Shown in pieces: positions 9,252-16,969 of a stretch of 64,000 nt of DNA (positions within the stretch are counted from its first letter, which is position 1; the number at the start of each line of letters is the position of its first letter). A program made the translations under genes and the position numbers. Origin of the DNA: Acidimicrobiia bacterium (GTDB lineage Bacteria; Actinomycetota; Acidimicrobiia; Spongiisociales; ZC4RG35); the NCBI GenBank assembly GCA_965216905.1, contig OZ244213.1:2188089-2252088 (forward strand), read 5' to 3'. The notes under the pieces were generated by a model, which was not told where the DNA came from, did not search any database, and saw only the letters and a program-made list of their open reading frames with translations.

Positions 9252-10162
9252 ACTCCTCGCCGGTGCTCCTGCTTCTTGCGTCGACGATGTCGGCGGTGGC
9301 GGCCGCCGTGGCGGTGGGCCTGGTATCCGGAGTGGTTCCCCGGCATCGACCCACCATCCAAGCCGTTCCTCAGGTCAGCGGCCGCCAACAGTGGTTGATT
9401 CAGGCGGGTCTCGACCTCACGCCCAGGCAGTTCTGGCTGGCGTCCCTCGGAGTCGGGCTGGTGGCGTTCGTCATCTGTCTGGGGCTGACCGGAATCCCCG
9501 CGGTGGCCGCCGGTCCCGCCGTCCTGGTGGCGTTCCTCCCGCGCGCCTTCTACGCCCGCAGGCGAGCTCGTCTGATGGCCGAGATCCAGCAGGCGTGGCC
9601 GGACGGGCTCCGGGACCTCGTGGCATCCATCAGTTCCGGAGTCTCCCTACAGCGGGCCGTGGAGAACCTGGCGGTGTCGGGGCCGCCACCGCTGCGCCTG
9701 GCCTTTGCCCGCCTGCCGTATCTGGCGAGGACGCTCGGCCTGGTTCCGGCGCTGGAGGTCGTCCGAGAGGAGCTGGCGGATCCCACCAGCGACCGGGTGA
9801 TCGAGGTGCTGATCCTCGCCCACCAGCGGGGAGGCAATCTCATCCCGCAGATTCTCCGCGACCTCGCCGAGGCGACGGTCAAGGACCTCTGGACGCTCGA
9901 GGAGATCCAGACCCAGGCGCTGGAGCAGAAGATCAACGCCCGGGCCGTCTTCATCCTGCCGTGGTTCGTCCTGCTGGCGATCACCGCACGGGAGGGCGAC
10001 TTCCGCGAGTTCTACACGACGACCGGCGGGGTGATCGTCGTCATCATCGGTGCACTCCTGAGCGGTCTCGGCATGTTCATCGTCGCCCGGCTGGGTCGCG
10101 ATCCCGATGAACCCAGGGTCCTCGGTGGCTCGGCGCGGGTGTTGGCGGAGGTGCGGAGATGA
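9248..10162 (+). CDS. tadB: TadB (T2SS-F domain inner-membrane pilus assembly protein)
   Basis: GTG 9248 overlaps the tadA stop. Hydrophobic N-terminus plus T2SSF-like cytoplasmic domain (LPYLARTLGLVPALEVVREELADPTSDRVIEVLILA). Confidence 0.75.
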   Translation: MNSSPVLLLLASTMSAVAAAVAVGLVSGVVPRHRPTIQAVPQVSGRQQWLIQAGLDLTPRQFWLASLGVGLVAFVICLGLTGIPAVAAGPAVLVAFLPRAFYARRRARLMAEIQQAWPDGLRDLVASISSGVSLQRAVENLAVSGPPPLRLAFARLPYLARTLGLVPALEVVREELADPTSDRVIEVLILAHQRGGNLIPQILRDLAEATVKDLWTLEEIQTQALEQKINARAVFILPWFVLLAITAREGDFREFYTTTGGVIVVIIGALLSGLGMFIVARLGRDPDEPRVLGGSARVLAEVRR

Positions 10163-11100
10163 GCCCGCTCGTGTGGGCGTCCCTCGCCACGGCGCTGGCG
10201 GTGGCGGCATTGGTGCGTCTGGTGTTCCCACCCACGCCCAAGCTGGCACCTCGAGTGCGGCCGTATGCCATCGGCTCGCGGACCGCGCTGGGGGGAAGTG
10301 CCGACGTCCGGGCGCTCACCGGGTTGCCGACCGGAGCGCTTCGAGGGGTGTTCGGGCCGGTTCTGGCTTCGATGGCGCGCGCCGTTGGGAGAGTCGTCGA
10401 CCAGGGGGGAGATGAGGAGCTCGCCCGGCGGATTCGACAGGCGGGTTTGTACCCCGAGCTGGCCGAGCCGGATCGGCTCGCCGCCTACCGGATCCGGCAG
10501 CTCGTGAGTATCGGTGGGTGGGCACTCGGTGGTGCCGCGGTGGCCTTGCTGCTCGGGCTCAACGCTCGGACCACCGTGTCGATGCTGTTCTTGGGCCTGA
10601 TCGTGGGTGCCACCCGCCAGCGAGGAGCACTGGAGCGGGCGATCACCGAACGCCAAGACCGGATGCGGATCGAGATCTACACCGTCAACCAACTGCTGGC
10701 CGTCCGGGCCCGATCCGGTGGGGGCGTGATCCAGGCGGTGTCGCAGTTCTGTGAGCGGGCGAGAGGAGAGGTGGTGGGAGAGCTTCGCGACGCGCTGCGA
10801 ATGCACCGGGCCGGAGCTCGTGCGTCCGAGGCATTCCACCGGATCGCCGAGCAGACGCCCGAGCCCTACTGCGCCCGCACGTATGGCCTTCTCGCCATTG
10901 CCGAGGAGCGGGGCGTCGACCTTGCCGAGGGCTTGCTCGCCCTGTCCGAGGACGTGCGGGAGGGACGCCGCGAGGCCATTCGCCGGTCGGCCACCAGACG
11001 TCGGGCGGCCTCGCTGATCCCCACGATCGCCATCCTTGCCCCGGTTATGCTGTTGTTCGTCGGGGCGCCGTTGCCACGCTTGATTCTGGGGTGGCAATGA
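10159..11100 (+). CDS. tadC: TadC (T2SS-F domain inner-membrane pilus assembly protein)
   Basis: ATGA overlap with tadB. Paralogous T2SSF architecture (RIAEQTPEPYCARTYGLLAIAEERGVDLAEGLLALSEDV). Confidence 0.75.
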   Translation: MSPLVWASLATALAVAALVRLVFPPTPKLAPRVRPYAIGSRTALGGSADVRALTGLPTGALRGVFGPVLASMARAVGRVVDQGGDEELARRIRQAGLYPELAEPDRLAAYRIRQLVSIGGWALGGAAVALLLGLNARTTVSMLFLGLIVGATRQRGALERAITERQDRMRIEIYTVNQLLAVRARSGGGVIQAVSQFCERARGEVVGELRDALRMHRAGARASEAFHRIAEQTPEPYCARTYGLLAIAEERGVDLAEGLLALSEDVREGRREAIRRSATRRRAASLIPTIAILAPVMLLFVGAPLPRLILGWQ

Positions 11101-11130
11101 GTGGGTACGAAAGAGAGAGGGAGTTCACCG

Positions 11131-11316
11131 ATGAGCGTGCAGCAGATCATGGCGGCCCTGGATCGGATCCGAGAAGACGAGCGGGGGCTGAACACGGCCG
11201 AGCTGCTCGGCAACGCCGCGCTGGCGATCGCCGCGCTCGTGGTGATCTGGGCTGCGCTCCAAGCCCTGGGCGTCAACGTCGTGGCTTGGATCGGGAATCA
11301 GATCGGCATCAACTAG
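11131..11316 (+). CDS. flp: Flp/Fap-family pilin precursor
   Basis: 61 aa. Strong RBS (gagagggag) 8 nt upstream. Leader MSVQQIMAALDRIREDERG, then mature LNTAELLGNAALAIAALVVIWAAL hydrophobic helix. G/XXXXE motif is present, but Leu replaces the usual Tyr. Confidence 0.6.
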   Translation: MSVQQIMAALDRIREDERGLNTAELLGNAALAIAALVVIWAALQALGVNVVAWIGNQIGIN

Positions 11317-11684
11317 CCAGGAGCACTGAATCCGGCTTCGTCACCATCGCTCAGGTGGCGGCGGCCGGGCTGGCGATGCTGTTCTTCGCCATCCTCACCA
11401 ATTTCATCGTCATGCAGTACGCCCTCGGGGTGGTGACCGCCGGACTCGACGAGGGTGTTCGGCAGGGCGCTCGATCCATCGACTCGATCGGTGCCTGTCT
11501 GGCTCGGATCGATTCGTCGATCTCGGCCGTCGATGGGGGAGCCATCACCGGCGTGAACCGCAGATGTACGGTCCAGGGAGAGTGGGTGGTGGCCACGCTC
11601 GACGCCCAATTGGTGGGCTGGGCGCCGCTGGTTCCCACGCTCTCCTTCACCCGTGAGGCTCGGGCGCCACTGGAGGACCTCTGA
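11286..11684 (+). CDS. tadE: TadE-like pseudopilin/pilus assembly protein
   Basis: No ATG or GTG in frame. The in-frame TTG at 11286 gives MDRESDRHQLARSTESGFVTIAQVAAAGLAMLFFAIL, a typical TadE N-terminus. It overlaps the flp 3' end by 31 nt. Confidence 0.55.
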   Translation: MDRESDRHQLARSTESGFVTIAQVAAAGLAMLFFAILTNFIVMQYALGVVTAGLDEGVRQGARSIDSIGACLARIDSSISAVDGGAITGVNRRCTVQGEWVVATLDAQLVGWAPLVPTLSFTREARAPLEDL

Positions 11685-12181
11685 TGGCCGTCGCCGACCG
11701 CCGGAGCGAACGGGGGGCGGCGCCGCTCGAGCTCGCCCTCGGCATCGGGGTGCTCATGATCCCCGTGGCGCTGGCCGTGCTGTCGTTCGGGCCGGCGCTC
11801 GAACGCCGGACCTTTGCCCGGCTCGCCGCCGCCGAGGCTGCCCGGGCCGTCGTGATCTCGGGCGGAGATTCGGCGGCAGCGATCGCCCAGATCACGGCGA
11901 TGGCCACCAACCATGACATCCCGGTGGGAGAGGTGAGCATCGGGCTCTGCGATGCCGGACCTGCCCCCTTGCCCGGTGGAGCGACCGCCTGCCCCGCCGA
12001 GTTGCTTCCGGCGGCGGCCGAGGGCGAACCCGGAGCCCGTGACATGGTCGAGGCCGAGGTAGCGGTGGTCGTCCCGTTGATCAACCTCGGTTTTTGGAAC
12101 ACCTCGGTGGGAGGCGTGTCGGTGACGTTCCGACATGAAGCACCCGTCGACCTCTACCGGAGCCTCCCCGATGCCGGCTGA
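11684..12181 (+). CDS. TadE/TadF-like pilus assembly protein
   Basis: ATGA overlap with the previous gene. N-terminus RRSERGAAPLELALGIGVLMIPVALAV has the TadE-like ERG + helix signature. Confidence 0.6.
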   Translation: MAVADRRSERGAAPLELALGIGVLMIPVALAVLSFGPALERRTFARLAAAEAARAVVISGGDSAAAIAQITAMATNHDIPVGEVSIGLCDAGPAPLPGGATACPAELLPAAAEGEPGARDMVEAEVAVVVPLINLGFWNTSVGGVSVTFRHEAPVDLYRSLPDAG

Positions 12182-12626
12182 AGGCACCCGAGCCGACCTA
12201 TCGGACCGGCGGGAGCGGGGGAGCACCACGCTGTGGACCTTGGGTCTCGCCCTGACACTGTTCATGGTGGGTGCCATCAGCGTCGACCTCTGGCGGGCGC
12301 TGGCGGAACACCGCGAGCTGGCCGGGATCGCCGACGCCGCCGCGGTGGCCGCTTCGTCCGGTATCGACGTCGACGGCTACCGCACCAGTGGCGACGTGTT
12401 GCTGGACTATGCGCTCGCCCACGAGGGTGCGCTTCGGGCCATCGCCGCCCAACCGGGCGGGTCCGACCTCTCTGCCCCACCGGCGGTCCAGCTGTTCAAT
12501 GGCAATGCATCGGTGAGGGTCTCGCTGGAACGGGTGATGGATCTCGGCCTGCTGAGACTGCTGGCACCCGGCCAGAACATCCGCATCGTGGTGAACGCCG
12601 AAGCGGACGCCGCGCTTCGTACCTGA
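12171..12626 (+). CDS. TadG/TadE-like membrane-anchored pilus assembly protein
   Basis: RRERGSTTLWTLGLALTLFMVGAISVDL N-terminal anchor. The start could be 12135 or 12171. Last gene of the block. Confidence 0.5.
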   Translation: MPAEGTRADLSDRRERGSTTLWTLGLALTLFMVGAISVDLWRALAEHRELAGIADAAAVAASSGIDVDGYRTSGDVLLDYALAHEGALRAIAAQPGGSDLSAPPAVQLFNGNASVRVSLERVMDLGLLRLLAPGQNIRIVVNAEADAALRT

Positions 12627-12630
12627 ATGG

Positions 12631-13011
12631 TCAGCCGGCCGACGTCCCGAGACGGAGATGCAGCCGAGCCCGGATCTCCAGTTCTCGCGAGTTGAACGGC
12701 TTGCGGATGAAATCCCGCGCGCCGAGCTCCAGACAGGTGACGATCATGTCCTCGTTGTCGAGACCGGAGAGCATGATGACGGGTATGTCCACGTCTTCGT
12801 CGCGCCACCCCTGGAGGATCTCCGCTCCGAGCATCCCGGGCATGAAGTGGTCGACGAAGGCCAGGTCGAAGCCACCGTCCAGGCCGGCCTCGTATGCCTC
12901 GTACCCGTTCTGGAATGGCACGACCTCCCATCCAATTCCCTCGAAGGCTCGCTTGACGAGCAAGCGAACCGCTGCGGAGTCGTCGGCGATCAGGATGCGG
13001 ACGGAGCCCAT
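12631..13011 (-). CDS. stand-alone CheY-like response regulator receiver domain
   Basis: MGSVRILIADDSAAVRLLVKRAFEGIGWEVV...FDLAFVDHFMPGMLG...IPVIMLSG...ARDFIRKPF contains the Asp pocket, phospho-Asp (FVDHFMP), T/S and K signatures. The longer 183-aa ORF was rejected. Confidence 0.75.
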   Translation of the reverse strand: MGSVRILIADDSAAVRLLVKRAFEGIGWEVVPFQNGYEAYEAGLDGGFDLAFVDHFMPGMLGAEILQGWRDEDVDIPVIMLSGLDNEDMIVTCLELGARDFIRKPFNSRELEIRARLHLRLGTSAG

Positions 13012-13041
13012 GTCTGATTCATCGGTCTCGCGGAGTCGGTC

Positions 13042-13773
13042 TTGAGCCACCTCCCGGCCCACGAACTGCGCCGGCTGGAGGCGGTTGCCCCCGACGAGGC
13101 CACGTTCCGCCGCCTCGTCGATGCGCGACGATCCGGAACGCCTCTCCAGTATCTGGAAGGAACCGCACCGTTCGTCCACCACACGCTCACGGTGGACGAA
13201 CGGGTGCTGGTGCCGCGCCCCGAAACCGAACAGCTCTGGGAATTGGCGGTCTCGTCGGTGTCGACACCTTCGGTGATCGTCGACGTCGGGACCGGCTCCG
13301 GAGCGCTGGCGATCGCACTGTCATGCCGTTTCCCGAATGCCCGGGTCCTGGCGACGGACATCTCCGCGGATGCGCTGGATGTCGCCTCCGTCAACACCGG
13401 CCGACTGGCGCCCGGCATCGAGTTGGTTCACGGCGACCTCTATGAGGCGCTGCCGGCGGATGTCGCCGGGACCGTCGACCTGATCGTGTCCAACCCGCCG
13501 TACGTGTCCGAATCGGAGTGGGAGACGCTCCCGGAGGACGTTCGGCGCGAGCCGAGGATCGCGTTGGTGGCCGGCGAGACCGGTATCGAGGTGCTCGGCC
13601 GGGTGCTGGAGGGGGCGTCGCCATGGCTCGGCCCGGATGGGGTCTTGGTGTGCGAGATCGGTGAGACGCAAGCGCCGGTGCTCGGTCGAACTGCAGAGCG
13701 CCACTTTCGACGATGGCGAATCGAGGACGACCTGGCGGGCCGTCCTCGATTCCTGGTCTGTCGGAAAGGCTGA
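13042..13773 (+). CDS. prmC: release-factor glutamine N5-methyltransferase PrmC/HemK
   Basis: TTG start. SAM motif VVDVGTGSGALAI, and NPPY at DLIVSNPPYV. Confidence 0.75.
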   Translation: MSHLPAHELRRLEAVAPDEATFRRLVDARRSGTPLQYLEGTAPFVHHTLTVDERVLVPRPETEQLWELAVSSVSTPSVIVDVGTGSGALAIALSCRFPNARVLATDISADALDVASVNTGRLAPGIELVHGDLYEALPADVAGTVDLIVSNPPYVSESEWETLPEDVRREPRIALVAGETGIEVLGRVLEGASPWLGPDGVLVCEIGETQAPVLGRTAERHFRRWRIEDDLAGRPRFLVCRKG

Positions 13774-13774
13774 G

Positions 13775-14197
13775 TCAGCAGCAGGCGGTCTCGGTGTCGT
13801 CATCGCAACACGTGGATGACGCCAGTTGCGGCGAGTCGCCGAGGACGGTGTAGAACTCCCACTCCGCTCCATCGGGATCCGCCACCCACACCTTGTCCTG
13901 TCGGGCGTAGCAGCACTCGACACCCTCCTCGATCCGGGTCGGATCCCCGACTGCCTGGAAGCGACGCGTCGCCTCGACCACCTCGTCGGTGCTCTCGACC
14001 TCGACGCCGAGGTGGTTCAGCGTCGTGGCGCCGGCCGATGGCGACTCGATGAGCACCAGCTTGAGGGGGGGATCGACGATCGCGAAGTTGGCATAGCCGT
14101 CGCGGACCTTGGCGGGTGAGGTGCCGAACGTTCTGGAGTAGAAGTCGATGGATCGCTCGAGATCGCTGACGTTGATGGCGAGCTGAACACGGCTCAC
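13775..14197 (-). CDS. arsI: ArsI/CadI-family VOC (glyoxalase-fold) metalloenzyme with C-terminal Cys-rich tail
   Basis: GTG start with GGAG RBS. VQLAINVSDLERSIDFYSRTFG...KLVLIE...LNHLGVEVEST, vicinal CC (GVECCYARQDKVWVADPDG) and terminal CCDDDTETACC match C-As lyase ArsI/CadI. Confidence 0.75.
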   Translation of the reverse strand: MSRVQLAINVSDLERSIDFYSRTFGTSPAKVRDGYANFAIVDPPLKLVLIESPSAGATTLNHLGVEVESTDEVVEATRRFQAVGDPTRIEEGVECCYARQDKVWVADPDGAEWEFYTVLGDSPQLASSTCCDDDTETACC

Positions 14198-14305
14198 GGT
14201 TGCTCCTTTGGGTGGCGGGTCTGGCGGTGGAGCCAGATCGTTCATATCGACGTACATCGATATGACGACATTGCCAGACATATCGACATCTGTCAATATG
14301 TCGTC
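14198..14305. promoter_or_regulatory. divergent arsI/arsR operator-promoter with two inverted repeats
   Basis: ATATCGA-N6-TCGATAT lies at about 14246-14265. GACATAT-N12-ATATGTC lies at about 14278-14303, immediately 5' of arsR. Both are AT-rich in a 70% GC background. Confidence 0.5.
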
Positions 14306-14623
14306 ATGGAGGAATGCTGCCCGTCCCTGACACCCACCCTGACGGCCGACGACGCCGAGTCGCTGGCGAGCATGCTGAAGGCGCTGGCCGAACCTGCCCG
14401 TCTACGGATCATCTCCATGCTGACCCGCACCGGCGAGGTGTGCGTCTGTGACCTCACCGAGCCGTTGGGGCTCAGCCAACCCACCGTCAGTCACCACCTC
14501 AAGGTGCTGCGGGATGCAGGACTCATCACGTCGGAGCGGCGCGGTCGGTGGGTGTATCACAAGGTCAACCGTGAGCGACTGGCGCAGCTGTCACAGGCGA
14601 TCGACCTCCCGGTGATGGTCTGA
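14306..14623 (+). CDS. arsR: ArsR/SmtB-family metalloid-responsive repressor
   Basis: HTH ([21 protein letters not shown]) and VCVCDL metal site. Also an N-terminal Cys pair (MEECCPS), reminiscent of Corynebacterium-type ArsR. Confidence 0.85.
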   Translation: MEECCPSLTPTLTADDAESLASMLKALAEPARLRIISMLTRTGEVCVCDLTEPLGLSQPTVSHHLKVLRDAGLITSERRGRWVYHKVNRERLAQLSQAIDLPVMV

Positions 14624-14627
14624 CGTC

Positions 14628-15125
14628 GTGGACATCCGGGTCTGGCAGGGCGACATCACCACCCTCGAGGTCGATGCCATCGTCAACGCCGCCAACTCGT
14701 CGCTGCTGGGAGGTGGGGGAGTCGACGGAGCCATCCACCGTGCGGCCGGACCTCGCTTGCTGGAGGCATGCCGGGAGCTGGGGGGATGCGCCACCGGTGA
14801 TGCCAAGACCACTCCCGGCTTCTCCCTCCCGGCCACCTGGGTGATCCACACGGTGGGCCCCGTGTGGCGCGGTGGCCAATCGGGCGAGCCGGAGCTCTTG
14901 GCGTCGTGCTACCGGCGGGCGGTCTCCGAGGCGAGCGAGGTCGGAGCCCGGACCATCGCCTTCCCCGCCATCTCGACCGGTGTGTACGGGTATCCGAAAG
15001 CCGAGGCGGCCCGGATCGCCGTCGCCACCCTCCGCTCGATCGGCGCCGACGACCACCTCACCATCACCCTCGTGGCATTCGATGCAGCCACTGCCGACGG
15101 CTACCGGGCCGTGCTGGACGCTTGA
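14628..15125 (+). CDS. macrodomain protein (O-acetyl-ADP-ribose deacetylase/ADP-ribose-binding, YmdB-like)
   Basis: [34 protein letters not shown] and the [13 protein letters not shown] macro motifs. It lies 4 nt after arsR, so likely co-transcribed. Confidence 0.8.
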   Translation: MDIRVWQGDITTLEVDAIVNAANSSLLGGGGVDGAIHRAAGPRLLEACRELGGCATGDAKTTPGFSLPATWVIHTVGPVWRGGQSGEPELLASCYRRAVSEASEVGARTIAFPAISTGVYGYPKAEAARIAVATLRSIGADDHLTITLVAFDAATADGYRAVLDA

Positions 15126-15171
15126 ACACGCGGCCGCTGGAGTCGCTCGATGCCCAGCGGTCGTCGGTGGT

Positions 15172-15930
15172 TCACGGTCGAATCAGTTTGAAGGCCTCGG
15201 CCAGTTCGATCCCGACGTCTCGACCCATGTCCTCGGCCCACTTCCGGAGCCCGGCGGCGAACCGTTCGCGTCCCTCCCCCGTGTGGGCGCCCAGCATGGT
15301 CGTTTGCGACTGGCTGGAGTGACAGAGTAGGGCCTCGACTTTGCGATCGAAGGTCGGTGCGATGTCGACGTGATGGTCGGGCTCGTCGGCCGCGAAGAGG
15401 AGAACCGCTTCCGGTCGGTGTTTGGTGATCCCGCCGACGAGCTGCTCGGGGAAGAAGAGGTGGTCGCGGGCGGCGACCACGCCATCGATCAGCGCCCAGC
15501 CGGCCGCACGGTGATCGGGGTGGATCATGTAGCGCTTCCACGGATCGAACCCGAGCACCACCTCCGGGCGAAGGGAGCGGATCCAATGCGCCACCTCGGC
15601 CTGCAACTCCCGGGAGTGGGTCAGCTCGCCATCGACATGGTCGCCGAACACGATCTCACCACGGACACCCAGCACCTGCGCGGCCCGTCGCTGCTCGTCC
15701 TGGCGAGCCCTGGCGAGTTCCTCGGGCGAGATGGCCGAGTCCCAGGTTCCTTTGCTGCCGTCGGTGAGGATGAGCATCGAGATCTCGCATCCGGCATCCG
15801 CCCATGCGGCGAGCGTGCCGCCGGCTCCGAACTCGGCGTCGTCGGGGTGAGCGGCCACCGTGAGCGCACTGGCCGGCGCATCCAAAGCTGCGGGCCGGTC
15901 ACGAGCCTCGGCATATGGATTGGCGGTCAT
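15172..15930 (-). CDS. PIG-L/LmbE-family N-acetylglucosaminyl deacetylase (MshB/Mca-like)
   Basis: AHPDDAEFGAGGTLA zinc-binding motif and HPDH motif. ATG at 15930 (MTANPY). The upstream extension was rejected. Confidence 0.8.
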   Translation of the reverse strand: MTANPYAEARDRPAALDAPASALTVAAHPDDAEFGAGGTLAAWADAGCEISMLILTDGSKGTWDSAISPEELARARQDEQRRAAQVLGVRGEIVFGDHVDGELTHSRELQAEVAHWIRSLRPEVVLGFDPWKRYMIHPDHRAAGWALIDGVVAARDHLFFPEQLVGGITKHRPEAVLLFAADEPDHHVDIAPTFDRKVEALLCHSSQSQTTMLGAHTGEGRERFAAGLRKWAEDMGRDVGIELAEAFKLIRP

Positions 15931-16544
15931 GAGGCGTGCGCCCGGTGGAACATGGTTGTCAACCAGCGCCCGCGCGGATGGCGACCTGCCGCCTCGATGT
16001 CGTCGGGCTGATCGATGTCGAGGAGGTAGCCGGTGCGAACCAGGACGACCGGATCGAAGCGGGACAGCGATCGGAGGTGCCGATGGAAGCTGCCCGGTCC
16101 GTAGGAGAACCGGACCCGGCCGTGCCAGCCGAGCAGGCTGGTTCCGCCGTCCGATGAGGGGGCGAGCACCGGCCTGCCGGAGTCGAGCGCGTCGAGACCC
16201 GCTTCGACGTCGGCGACGGTGAGCAGCGGAAGGTCGGCGTGACAGATCGCCCAGGGGACGCCGGCGCTCGTCGCCTTCTGCGCGGCGACGTGGGCGGCCG
16301 CATCGAGGCCGGCACCACCGTCTGGCACCGATCGGACTCCGATCCGGTCCGCCCATCGTTGCGTGTCGCGATCGGAGACGACGGTCAGCGGGGTGGCACC
16401 GCTGCGGTCGATCGTCTCGATGACTCGAACCGCCATCTCACGACTCAATGTCGCCCGGATGTCGGGGTCGAAGGCGGTTGCCAACCGCTCCTTCGACTTC
16501 GTGAACGGCTTGAGCGGGACGGCGACGAGCGGCGGAACTGGCAT
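15927..16544 (-). CDS. cofC: 2-phospho-L-lactate guanylyltransferase CofC/FbiD (F420 biosynthesis)
   Basis: LVAVPLKPFTKSKERLATAF and ICHADLPLL align to Mtb FbiD LIIAVKRLAAAKTRLAPVF and VLQGDLPAL. Overlaps lmbE by 4 nt. Confidence 0.7.
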   Translation of the reverse strand: MPVPPLVAVPLKPFTKSKERLATAFDPDIRATLSREMAVRVIETIDRSGATPLTVVSDRDTQRWADRIGVRSVPDGGAGLDAAAHVAAQKATSAGVPWAICHADLPLLTVADVEAGLDALDSGRPVLAPSSDGGTSLLGWHGRVRFSYGPGSFHRHLRSLSRFDPVVLVRTGYLLDIDQPDDIEAAGRHPRGRWLTTMFHRAHAS

Positions 16545-16560
16545 CGATCCGGGGGAGTGG

Positions 16561-16847
16561 TCAGCGTTCGATGCTCGAGCCGTCGGAACCCGAGGAGAGC
16601 TGCGGAGGAAGATCGTCGAGTGCGTGGACTTCGCGAGCTACCTCCACCAGCTCCACGCCGCTGGTGGACTCCAACGCCGAGAGGCGATCGGAGTCGATCG
16701 TGCCCGAGGCGATGCGAATGCGATCGAGCGTGGCGGTGACGTCCAGACCTGCCTGGCGAACCCGCCGGATGACGTCGTCGGAGACCTCCGACAGGCGGAC
16801 GTTCACAGACACTCGGTGGCGGGGGGCGGGACGGTCGGTCGTCACAC
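16561..16847 (-). CDS. small protein with subtilisin-propeptide (inhibitor I9)-like fold
   Basis: 94 aa from GTG 16847 (GGGGTG RBS). RVSVNVRLSEVSDDVIRRVRQAGLDVTATLDRIRIASGTIDSDRLSALESTSGVELVEVAREVHAL follows the I9 propeptide pattern. Immediately downstream of the S8 protease. Confidence 0.45.
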
Positions 16848-16969
16848 CCCCAGTGTACGAGGTCCGGTCGGTTGACGGGTTGCCGGGCCGAAGTGCCACC
16901 GTCCCGGCTTCTCGCGACCGGAACGGTACGTTCTCCGGTCGGTTTGGGTCATAAAAAGCCCGGTGGGGA

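Noticed and set aside
12631-13182. 183-aa version of the receiver-domain ORF
   Set aside because: The extra N-terminal 56 residues overlap the prmC start region on the opposite strand. The receiver fold begins at MGSVRILIADD.
15931-16356. N-terminal 140 codons of ORF 15172..16356 (LmbE extension)
   Set aside because: It overlaps cofC in another frame and is Arg-rich. The LmbE motif AHPDDAEFG lies right after ATG 15930.
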